This document shows, piece by piece, positions 1-7,791 of a stretch of 60,165 bases of DNA. A program made the position numbers and the translations under genes. The DNA is from Candidatus Margulisiibacteriota bacterium. Its GTDB lineage: Bacteria; Margulisbacteria; Marinamargulisbacteria; UBA817. Position 1 is the stretch's first letter. Every line of letters starts with the position of its first letter. The notes beneath the pieces are model-generated. The model ran no database searches. It worked only from the letters and a program-made list of their open reading frames with translations, and was not told the DNA's origin. The DNA is taken from assembly GCA_016779165.1 (NCBI GenBank), contig JADHOE010000003.1, forward strand, positions 1 to 60,165, read 5' to 3'.

Positions 1-751
1 GGTTAAAGGTATGGGAACATTTTAAGCAATACTCAAATGCTGGGAATACAGCATTATTCGCAATGCAATGATTGGCTTCAGCTTCAAATTCATTAAAAAG
101 GGTTAACAATCGATCAACACTGGCAACATTAAAGTTATAGTGGCAATGGGCCACTTCAAAGTTTTTATAAATGTCTGAATACGTTATTGGCACCCCAGCT
201 GGTGACCGTTGCCATTGAATATCCATCACATGGTCCACGTTTTGAATGTACATCGCCAGTCGTTCAAGGCCATATGTAATTTCAACCGATACCGGGTTAC
301 AATCAATGCCACCGCATTGTTGAAAATACGTGAATTGGGTAATTTCCATACCATTCAGCCATACTTCCCAACCCACCCCCCATGCCCCCAACGTTGGGGA
401 CTCCCAATTGTCCTCTACAAAACGAATATCATGGTCTTTTGGGACAATGCCAATGGCTTCAAGGCTTTGTAGGTAGCGCGATTGTATATCCATTGGGGAT
501 GGCTTCATGATTACCTGATATTGAAAATAATGCTGCAAGCGGTTTGGATTTTCTGCATAACGGCCATCCGTTGGCCGACGCGATGGCTCAACATACGCCA
601 CGTTCCACTCATCTGGCCCCAAACACCTTAAGGCTGTATGTGGGCTCATGGTTCCAGCACCTTTTTCGGTATCGTAAGGAAACAGCAGCAAACAACCGTT
701 ATTTGACCAAAATTGATTCAACGATTGAACGATATCTTGAAAAGTTTGCAT
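1..751 (-). CDS. glyQ: Glycine--tRNA ligase alpha subunit (3' end runs off the window; absent from the ORF track)
   Basis: Manual minus-strand translation from ATG at 751 (alternative ATG at 757): [15 protein letters not shown]...[13 protein letters not shown]...[33 protein letters not shown]...[39 protein letters not shown]...[12 protein letters not shown]. These are classic GlyQ motifs, and the frame stays open to position 2. Confidence 0.96.
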   Translation of the reverse strand, partial: MQTFQDIVQSLNQFWSNNGCLLLFPYDTEKGAGTMSPHTALRCLGPDEWNVAYVEPSRRPTDGRYAENPNRLQHYFQYQVIMKPSPMDIQSRYLQSLEAIGIVPKDHDIRFVEDNWESPTLGAWGVGWEVWLNGMEITQFTYFQQCGGIDCNPVSVEITYGLERLAMYIQNVDHVMDIQWQRSPAGVPITYSDIYKNFEVAHCHYNFNVASVDRLLTLFNEFEAEANHCIANNAVFPAFEYCLKCSHTFN

Positions 752-807
752 TGCCATTTATTTTACATGACAACACGTATTAAAAAAACCCTACCTAACG
801 GTAAATC

Positions 808-981
808 TTATTCATTTTTGACCCACCGCCGATACAACGTATGCCATTCATCCATAAACGATACTTTGCCTTGGGTATTAAACCGATTGGGCTTTTCCTC
901 ATCATACATTGGTGCAACATCGGCATTAAACGCCACGTCCAATGTTGGTACCGGTTTTTCCTTTCGCTTTTTTTGTCCCAT
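808..981 (-). CDS. Small hypothetical protein, 57 aa (below the ORF-track cutoff)
   Basis: Manual translation MGQKKRKEKPVPTLDVAFNADVAPMYDEEKPNRFNTQGKVSFMDEWHTLYRRWVKNE*. A GGGGGGA SD-like run lies just upstream of the ATG at 981, and the ORF fills the gap in front of glyQ on the same strand. Confidence 0.55.
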   Translation of the reverse strand: MGQKKRKEKPVPTLDVAFNADVAPMYDEEKPNRFNTQGKVSFMDEWHTLYRRWVKNE

Positions 982-1131
982 TGTGTCCCCCCTTGTTTAT
1001 TGATATTCCCAAACTCACGCATTTTAAACGTATCTGAATGCTTCATTTTATAGAATAGGCTCAAAATTAGCATATTCTTTTTTCTAAATGTTTTTATTAA
1101 ACCATCGATAACTCCAATTGTAGGAGGTATC

Positions 1132-1359
1132 ATGTTTCGACTATTTGACGCTTTGGTTCTAGTAACATCACTTTCCACATTTGGGTTATGCATTTATGTG
1201 TACATCACAAATGGCGTAACCGATGCCTTATTTATTGGTGTATTCGGAATTTTTATTTTGACATTAAGCATTTACGTTAAACTTCTTCGCATTGTTCATT
1301 TTGTGCTATACAAAACTCTTGATCAATACGAAAAAAATGATGGAGACACTTATGGATAA
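1132..1359 (+). CDS. Small membrane protein, 75 aa, two hydrophobic segments
   Basis: Strong SD AGGAGG just upstream of the ATG; two hydrophobic stretches; its 3' end overlaps the next start (ATG 1352). Confidence 0.72.
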   Translation: MFRLFDALVLVTSLSTFGLCIYVYITNGVTDALFIGVFGIFILTLSIYVKLLRIVHFVLYKTLDQYEKNDGDTYG

Positions 1360-1885
1360 AACAGAAATCATTGTTGCCGGTATTTTATTCTTTAGCTTAG
1401 CCATCACTGCCTTTTTACTCACCCTGATTGAATTTGTAAACATGGATAAACACCCCGACAAATATAAAAACCCACGATATAAAAAATCATTAAAAGGAGC
1501 ATTAAAAATGGCAAAAAAAACAAAACCAGTATTGAAAGGAAGCATCGCGGCAAAAAAAACAACCACCAAAAAAACGGTAGCCCCTAAAAAGGCAGCGCCT
1601 AAAAAAACCGTCGCCGCTAAAAAAGCAAGCACCAAAAAAACGGTAACCCCTAAAAAGGCAGCGCCTAAAAAAACCGTCGCCGCTAAAAAAGCAAGCACCA
1701 AAAAAACGGTAACAGCTAAAAAGGCAGCGCCTAAAAAAACCGTCGCTGCTAAAAAAGCAAGCACCAAAAAAACGGTAACAGCTAAAAAGGCAGTGGCTAA
1801 AAAAACCGTCGCCGCTAAAAAAAGCGTAACCAAAAAAACAGTAACACCCAAGCGGGCTGTGGGCCGATCAGCCAAACGAAAATAA
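1352..1885 (+). CDS. Histone H1-like Lys/Ala/Thr-rich repeat protein with an in-frame N-terminal transmembrane segment; second start at 1508
   Basis: ATG 1352 (GGAG at 1342-1345) gives MDKTEIIVAGILFFSLAITAFLLTLIEF...; the in-frame ATG 1508 (AGGAG at 1495-1499) gives MAKKTKPV... followed by KKTVAPKKAAPKKTVAAKKAST repeats. The composition resembles chlamydial Hc2 / AlgP-type histone-like proteins. Confidence 0.8.
   Translation: MDKTEIIVAGILFFSLAITAFLLTLIEFVNMDKHPDKYKNPRYKKSLKGALKMAKKTKPVLKGSIAAKKTTTKKTVAPKKAAPKKTVAAKKASTKKTVTPKKAAPKKTVAAKKASTKKTVTAKKAAPKKTVAAKKASTKKTVTAKKAVAKKTVAAKKSVTKKTVTPKRAVGRSAKRK
1568..1849 (+). repeat. Coding tandem repeat, 66-nt (22-aa) unit, four full copies plus a partial fifth
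   Basis: Units start at 1568, 1634, 1700, 1766 and 1832; consensus KKTV(T/A)(P/A)KKAAPKKTVAAKKAST; near-identical at the DNA level. Confidence 0.95.
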
Positions 1886-1886
1886 T

Positions 1887-2255
1887 CTACTTAGGTGTGG
1901 GGTAATAGGTTGCGCAATTGGTGGGGTTTTCCCACAACATCACCTTCTTTAATACAGCATTGGCTGGCACTTTCGGTGCCAGCTTGTCGTAAAAATACTT
2001 GGCCAACAACTCGGCAGTGGTATTAAAATCCACCACATCATTTAATACTTGGTGATCCAAGGTATCAACTAAGGCATTCAATGCCTTTTTCATGTCTTTA
2101 AAATCCATCAACATCCCCACTTTTTCATCCAACATTTCACCAGCCACGCAAATTTGAACCTTATAGGTGTGGCCATGCATCCTGGCACAATCCCCATCGT
2201 AATGCTCCAAGTAATGGGCAGAATCAAATGTTTTTTCAACGGTTAATTCATACAT
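1887..2255 (-). CDS. queD: 6-carboxytetrahydropterin synthase
   Basis: FDSAH...CARMHGHTY...DFKDMKK...LDHQVLND...TTAELLA...LWEN motifs of the PTPS/QueD family. Confidence 0.93.
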   Translation of the reverse strand: MYELTVEKTFDSAHYLEHYDGDCARMHGHTYKVQICVAGEMLDEKVGMLMDFKDMKKALNALVDTLDHQVLNDVVDFNTTAELLAKYFYDKLAPKVPANAVLKKVMLWENPTNCATYYPTPK

Positions 2256-2281
2256 GTTGTCAGTTTAACACAATGCGTCAC

Positions 2282-3445
2282 TCATGAACATTCACCCGCA
2301 TATCGGCATGCCAAATCAAGCACCATGGCCCCAACAAACATGGTGGCATCATCGGCATAAAAATCAGGGGTATGCACGGGTATAAACGGCCCCCCTGCTT
2401 GTTTTGCTCCAAACCTAAAAAACCATGCTGGAAAATGCTGGGCATACACCCCAAAGTCTTCAGACGCCATGTTGGGTGCAACCAACCCCACGTCACCATT
2501 GGGGCCAAGCGCATCGTGAATCGCCCGTCGGGCAACTTGTTCAAGTTGTGGATCATTTTTAATGGCTGGGGATACGGGCTCTATATCAACATCAACCGAA
2601 CTAATGGTTGCCAACCCACTCAATGCACCATGAATGGCCAGCCGTTTTTCAGCACTCAAACATCGAATTGTTCCTTCCAAAACACCGGTATCTGGAATAA
2701 TATTATGGCGATCGCCGCTGTGCAGTTGGGTCACCGTTATCAAATTGGTGGCATCGCCTAATTGGTTGTTTATTGCATCTATAGCCAAACATCGCTCAGC
2801 GAGCGTTGGAATGGGGTTATGGCCTTCTTTTGGGCGGGCAGCATGGGCCGATTTGCCATGCACGATTAATTTAAACCGGTCTGAAAACGATGATATCACC
2901 CCGGGGTGAAGCACCACCTGCCCAACATCGTAACGTCGGTCCACATGCCCACCAAAGATTGCTGTCACATTGTTTGGCAACAATCCCGATGCCATGATCA
3001 TCTTAGCCCCTACACCCAATTCTTCAGCTGGTTGAAACACCAATAGCACATCGCTTGGTGGCGGTGATTGGGACAGCAATCGTGCCGCCCCAATGGCCCA
3101 GGCCATGTGAACATCGTGGCCACACGCATGCATCACCCCAGCATTCACCGACGCATGGGGCAAGCCTGTTGCTTCCTGAATCGGAAGCGCGTCCATGTCT
3201 GCCCGAAGGGCAACTGGCGGCAGATTGGAATCTTGCCCAATCAGTCGAGCAACAATCCCTGTGCCCACCCGTTCAATCCATCGGGTATTGCAGTGTTTAA
3301 GAGCAGCAAGCAAACGCGCCTGCGTCTGTAATTCATTATGAGATAGCTCTGGATGCCTATGAAGGTCACGTTGCAAGTCAATCAATTGCCGCTGAAGCAT
3401 GTCCGAAAAACAATCACCAATTATTTTTTTTAACTTGGAAGGCAT
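2282..3445 (-). CDS. M20D family amidohydrolase
   Basis: HRHPELSHNE, ALRADMDALP, MHACGHD, FQPAEE and SEDF motifs. Confidence 0.93.
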   Translation of the reverse strand: MPSKLKKIIGDCFSDMLQRQLIDLQRDLHRHPELSHNELQTQARLLAALKHCNTRWIERVGTGIVARLIGQDSNLPPVALRADMDALPIQEATGLPHASVNAGVMHACGHDVHMAWAIGAARLLSQSPPPSDVLLVFQPAEELGVGAKMIMASGLLPNNVTAIFGGHVDRRYDVGQVVLHPGVISSFSDRFKLIVHGKSAHAARPKEGHNPIPTLAERCLAIDAINNQLGDATNLITVTQLHSGDRHNIIPDTGVLEGTIRCLSAEKRLAIHGALSGLATISSVDVDIEPVSPAIKNDPQLEQVARRAIHDALGPNGDVGLVAPNMASEDFGVYAQHFPAWFFRFGAKQAGGPFIPVHTPDFYADDATMFVGAMVLDLACRYAGECS

Positions 3446-3567
3446 GCATTAAGTATAACAAAGCACCAGCGGCCCTGCCGAGAACTATGCCGCAATTGAA
3501 AAATGAAATATAAAAAACTAAACAATCGATAATAAGTAAATAATTTTTCAGCGATGTTTCAACCGGA

Positions 3568-4377
3568 GTGGGTTCTCAAAGTTTAAACGCCTCACCTTCG
3601 AAGGTGAGGGTCGGCTTAAGCCCCTTTAATGCTGTCAGTGGCACGGTGGATATCGCCTCCATTGACCCAGTGCTTGGTACTTATGACTACGAAACAATAA
3701 GCGACGATTCAAATGAATCCGGTGTCAACATTCGTTTTTACAAGGTTAATACGGAATCCGAAACAAATAAGAGATATGTTACATTTAAATCGGTTGACCA
3801 CAACTTTGAATGCGGATCTGCTACGGAATCTTCAGATTGCGAAACAGATGAAATAACAGGGTACATATGGAATCAAGTGATAAACATAAATAATAATACA
3901 ATCAATGGAAAAATTAATCATTCAAGCATTGTTTCGTCTTACATATTAGATCCCACACAAGAGCTTGAATATAGAAGTTCCGACGCACTTAAGGTTAAGA
4001 ACCATGATGACTCATATGCAAACGGGCTATCCAGCATCACCCTTGGTACGAATCGAAATCAGTGTAACTATTCTTTTACCAAAAGTGACTCAGATTCAGG
4101 TAATGGTGTGATCCAGTTTACATCCTGCCCATTGACCATTACTGGCTACAGCTCATCCAATGAAAAACAAAGGTTTAATGGGGCAATAAATGATGTATCA
4201 ATTACATTTAACATCACTGATTTTGATAATGAAGAAAACTTAAAAAATGACCCACGCTTTACAATTGAACGACGATTGTACAGTAGCACTGGCTATCACA
4301 TTGGTTATTTTAAACTCAACATTGTAAATGGGGGATTTTCAGTTGTTGATTTAAATAAAAACCCATTTACAAACTAA
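3568..4377 (+). CDS. Hypothetical Ser/Asn/Thr-rich protein, possibly 5'-truncated, AT-rich
   Basis: 269-codon open frame with a GTG start; in-frame stop at 3541-3543 just upstream; no recognisable family motif. Confidence 0.6.
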   Translation: MGSQSLNASPSKVRVGLSPFNAVSGTVDIASIDPVLGTYDYETISDDSNESGVNIRFYKVNTESETNKRYVTFKSVDHNFECGSATESSDCETDEITGYIWNQVININNNTINGKINHSSIVSSYILDPTQELEYRSSDALKVKNHDDSYANGLSSITLGTNRNQCNYSFTKSDSDSGNGVIQFTSCPLTITGYSSSNEKQRFNGAINDVSITFNITDFDNEENLKNDPRFTIERRLYSSTGYHIGYFKLNIVNGGFSVVDLNKNPFTN

Positions 4378-4579
4378 TCTCAAAAAATTTATTTCAATTC
4401 TAAAAGCCCGCCAAATAAAATATCCATTGCCCACGCTTTGATGGCAATACAAAAAAAACAGATTCATTTGGCCATGCCACACAGATCATAAAATAAGTTT
4501 TTCAAATTGCACATTCTTTAACAAGCTAATGCAACCCCATCCGTTTGCAGAATCCTTGAATATTCGATACCATGGCATT

Positions 4580-5050
4580 ATGTTGAAATTTGAACCTAGA
4601 ACATCTATTGAACAAGTTGAAGAAAGCAATAGTTTTGCCCCTAAGTTTGATGAGCATGGGTTAATTCCAGTAATCACTACTGATTTTGAATCCGGTGAAG
4701 TGTTAATGCAAGGTTACATGAACCGCGACGCCCTGCGATCCACCATTGCCCTTGGCGAAGCTGTTTATTTTTCTAGAAGCCGACAAACCCTATGGCACAA
4801 AGGAAAAACCAGCGGCCTGGTTCAAACCATCAAGGAAATTCGCATTGACGATGATCAAGATTGCATATGGTTACGCGTAAGCGTCAATGGTGGTGCCAGT
4901 TGCCACGTGGGCTACAGATCCTGCTTCTATCGCAGTATTCCTTTTGGCAACCCCAATGCCGAACAACTTGAACTTTCGTTCACCGAATCTGAAAAAGTGT
5001 TCGACCCTGCCGAGGTATATGGGGATGCACCCAACCCAACCCAATTGTAA
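4580..5050 (+). CDS. hisI: Phosphoribosyl-AMP cyclohydrolase
   Basis: [40 protein letters not shown] and [13 protein letters not shown] motifs; start placed at ATG 4580. Confidence 0.95.
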   Translation: MLKFEPRTSIEQVEESNSFAPKFDEHGLIPVITTDFESGEVLMQGYMNRDALRSTIALGEAVYFSRSRQTLWHKGKTSGLVQTIKEIRIDDDQDCIWLRVSVNGGASCHVGYRSCFYRSIPFGNPNAEQLELSFTESEKVFDPAEVYGDAPNPTQL

Positions 5051-5112
5051 ATCGCCCTCATTTTCAACGTTTATGTCATTATCAATCAATCATCCAACAG
5101 TATCATAATTTT

Positions 5113-5544
5113 ATGGGCATTTTATTTATTCATGCTTGCGTTACTTTTTTGTTAACTGGGTTAATTTGGGTCATTCAATTGGTCCACTACCCCATGTTTC
5201 AGTTTTTAGGGCCACAAACATATTCAAGGGCCATGACATTTCATCAACATCGAATTTCAATTCTCGTGGTTCCCCTCATGCTTTTTGAACTTTTATCTGG
5301 CGTGTATTTGGCCCATACACAGTGGGCATCGCTTGCCAGATTTCACGGCATAAACATTGCACTTATTGTGATTATTTGGGTTCACACCTTCGGAATTATG
5401 GTACCTTTCCATAAGCGCATATCCATTCAGCTTAATCAATCATTGCTTCAAAAAACACTTAGGCATCATTGGATTCGAACATTCGCTTGGACCATCAAGT
5501 CAATGTTATGGGCATCCGTTTTATGGCATTTACTCCCAACCTAA
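5113..5544 (+). CDS. Hypothetical membrane protein (about 4 TM)
   Basis: Hydrophobic segments with LIWVIQLVHYP and H..RISILVVPLMLFEL motifs; co-oriented and overlapping with the next gene. Confidence 0.8.
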   Translation: MGILFIHACVTFLLTGLIWVIQLVHYPMFQFLGPQTYSRAMTFHQHRISILVVPLMLFELLSGVYLAHTQWASLARFHGINIALIVIIWVHTFGIMVPFHKRISIQLNQSLLQKTLRHHWIRTFAWTIKSMLWASVLWHLLPT

Positions 5545-6149
5545 TTCAACCCGATCAGATTCAATCACCCCAAGACCTTTTCAATTTTTGTCGTGATGAA
5601 TTGATTATTGGCGTAAAAAAATCAAAGCACCCATTTCATTTGTGTACTCTTTGCACAGTTATGGATGGGCGCCCCTTTGCTCGTACCGTTGTTTCTCGTG
5701 GGGTGAACCCAAATCTTACACAATGCCGGATCCACTCCGATAAGCGGTCTCAAAAAAACAATCATATAATGCAATCACCAAATGTGGCCTTGGTGTACTA
5801 TTCACCAATTCAAAAACTACAAGTACGTGTTGAAGGCATTGCCCAAATGGTTAGTAATACTAACGATGCAGACTATTTTTTTGACACATCATCGCCGCAT
5901 TCACAACTATGTTATGCGTTTCCTAAGCCTCCTGGAACTGTTATTGAAGAAAAAACCAAGGAACGGCGTTATCCTGATATCTCCATTCATGATATTGATG
6001 CCCACCGAGATCATGCTCGAAAAAACTTTTCCGCCATTTTCATTACCATTCAGTCTATGGATGCGTTATGGTTGTCAAAGTCGGAACACATTCGCATGCA
6101 TGGGCAGTGCATTAACAATGCGTGGGACTTAAAATTTATAATTGCTTAA
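5523..6149 (+). CDS. Pyridoxamine 5'-phosphate oxidase-like FMN-binding protein
   Basis: LCTV.DGRPFARTVVSRG, HSDKRSQK and SPIQKLQVRVEG motifs; start probably ATG 5523. Confidence 0.85.
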   Translation: MAFTPNLIQPDQIQSPQDLFNFCRDELIIGVKKSKHPFHLCTLCTVMDGRPFARTVVSRGVNPNLTQCRIHSDKRSQKNNHIMQSPNVALVYYSPIQKLQVRVEGIAQMVSNTNDADYFFDTSSPHSQLCYAFPKPPGTVIEEKTKERRYPDISIHDIDAHRDHARKNFSAIFITIQSMDALWLSKSEHIRMHGQCINNAWDLKFIIA

Positions 6150-6200
6150 CCCATTAACTAGTGATTAAAATAGTTCTATACTCAATTTTCGGAGGAAACC

Positions 6201-6533
6201 ATCGAACACAACACGCTTTTATTGGCCTTAAAGATCATTTTATCAGCATCCATCTTTTTTGTTTGGGTGGTTCGGTACGATAACATCATTAAGGAATTTA
6301 ATGAGTATAATATGCCCTGCTGGTTCAGGGACTTGGTTGGCATTTGCAAATTAACGTTTTGTGGCATTCTACTGTCCAACAATAATGATTTAATTCTTTA
6401 TGCATCTGGCGCCATGGTAACGTTAATGTTTGCTGCATTCTTAACCCACATCAAGTTTAAACACACCATTGATAAAATGCTCCCCTCGTTAAGTTTGCTA
6501 ATTATTTGCTCAATTCTGCTTGTTAACAGTTAA
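6201..6533 (+). CDS. DoxX-like small membrane protein (possible ATC start at 6201; TTG at 6222 is the alternative)
   Basis: VWVVRY...EF..Y..P.WFRDLVGICKL and LMFAAFLTHIKFK patterns typical of DoxX-like proteins; SD GGAGG at 6191-6195. Confidence 0.78.
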   Translation: MEHNTLLLALKIILSASIFFVWVVRYDNIIKEFNEYNMPCWFRDLVGICKLTFCGILLSNNNDLILYASGAMVTLMFAAFLTHIKFKHTIDKMLPSLSLLIICSILLVNS

Positions 6534-7791
6534 GCCACTTTTGAACGTAATTATTGCCAGGATCATATTTTTTTTGCTGATTTTGAATATTAAATATTCG
6601 CTTAGTCGCACTATTTCCACATCCGGCAATGTACATCCAGTTTCCAATATTGCTGGCCACATCGTAATCAACAAGATAATGTTCAAATACCTCTGCACCC
6701 CGTCGCCAGTCTTGATTGCAGTCATGAATCAAGTAGCTGGCCACCACCTGCCTACCACGGTTTGACATATAGCCCGTCTGGCGAAGTTCATTCATATGCC
6801 CATTCACAAAGGGTTCATTGGTTTTACCATTCACCCATGACTCAAACACATACTGGTTATACGTTGGGGGCGCGTCAGCCAAGCCCTGAAGGCCACCAAA
6901 CGCATACCATTGCATGCCATATCGCTGGCATTGAAATTGAAAAAAATCGCGCCATAACAATTCAAATAACACCCAATACGTCGATTCATTTCGTTTGACC
7001 TTTCGCTCGAACAATCGAACCTCATGGGCGATGGTTCGTGGCGATAAAACACCAGTGGATAACCATACCGAACATTTGGTTGACACATTTGGCCCAATGC
7101 TTAAATTTCGGGTATTTTTGTAATGCAAAATGGCCTTGGATTCCCAAATGTAGTGGGTTAGGTGGGCCATTGCAGCTGCTTCACCGCCAGTGCCTTGGCT
7201 GGCCACATCGGCGGCAGGCACTTGAAACACTTGCTCAACCGACAACGGTGGTTGCACACGTGAGTACTGAATGGATGGTACCGCGACTGGCGGTTCAATG
7301 GGCAATGCCTCGCATTGTTTTCTAAATTTAGAGAACGATCGTGGCGCGTTATCGATTGAAAACGGCAGTTGGCTTGGATGAAGCAGCGTGTGATCCCACA
7401 CCCACTCAACCAAAATGCTGCTTTGATTAGCCATTTGCTCAATCTCTTGTTGCATTTGCTGTTCATACGCCCCAACCCCATGGGTGCCAATAATACGAAC
7501 CACATTCACTGTCACCATTAAATGTTTAAGCGACGCCCCTACTGATTGATTGGATGCCCATAACGTGCCGCCAACTTCGTTTAATTGCTGCTCCAAGCTA
7601 AGCATTGCCCGATGAAGCACCGATTGCCTATGGGGCCCCATGGATGGGTACTCAAACCATGTTTTTTTCCAAAGCGATTCTGGAAATATGACCAATGGCA
7701 ACACAGGCTCTTTAAATCCTGATGCCTTGGCCAATGCCTTATTGTCGTTCAGGCGCAAGGCCCCATTCATCACTACAACCGTAACGTTCAT
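6523..7791 (-). CDS. DASH-family cryptochrome
   Basis: LRLNDN, YKNTRN, STKCSVWLSTGVLSPR, FELLWRDFF and GYMSNRGRQVVASYL...DYDVASNIGNWMYIAG motifs. Confidence 0.92.
   Translation of the reverse strand: MNVTVVVMNGALRLNDNKALAKASGFKEPVLPLVIFPESLWKKTWFEYPSMGPHRQSVLHRAMLSLEQQLNEVGGTLWASNQSVGASLKHLMVTVNVVRIIGTHGVGAYEQQMQQEIEQMANQSSILVEWVWDHTLLHPSQLPFSIDNAPRSFSKFRKQCEALPIEPPVAVPSIQYSRVQPPLSVEQVFQVPAADVASQGTGGEAAAMAHLTHYIWESKAILHYKNTRNLSIGPNVSTKCSVWLSTGVLSPRTIAHEVRLFERKVKRNESTYWVLFELLWRDFFQFQCQRYGMQWYAFGGLQGLADAPPTYNQYVFESWVNGKTNEPFVNGHMNELRQTGYMSNRGRQVVASYLIHDCNQDWRRGAEVFEHYLVDYDVASNIGNWMYIAGCGNSATKRIFNIQNQQKKYDPGNNYVQKWLNC

Noticed and set aside
795-1193. 132-aa minus-strand ORF in the track
   Set aside because: It overlaps the well-supported plus-strand gene at 1132 and has no family motif; the 57-aa ORF in another frame has the better SD.
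1568-1849. Tandem repeat as a possible CRISPR array
   Set aside because: The units are contiguous and in frame with no unique spacers, and there are no cas genes in the window.
1306-1875. 189-aa hydrophobic repeat ORF on the minus strand
   Set aside because: It is the antisense shadow of the Lys-rich repeat (AAA codons read as TTT) and has no RBS support.
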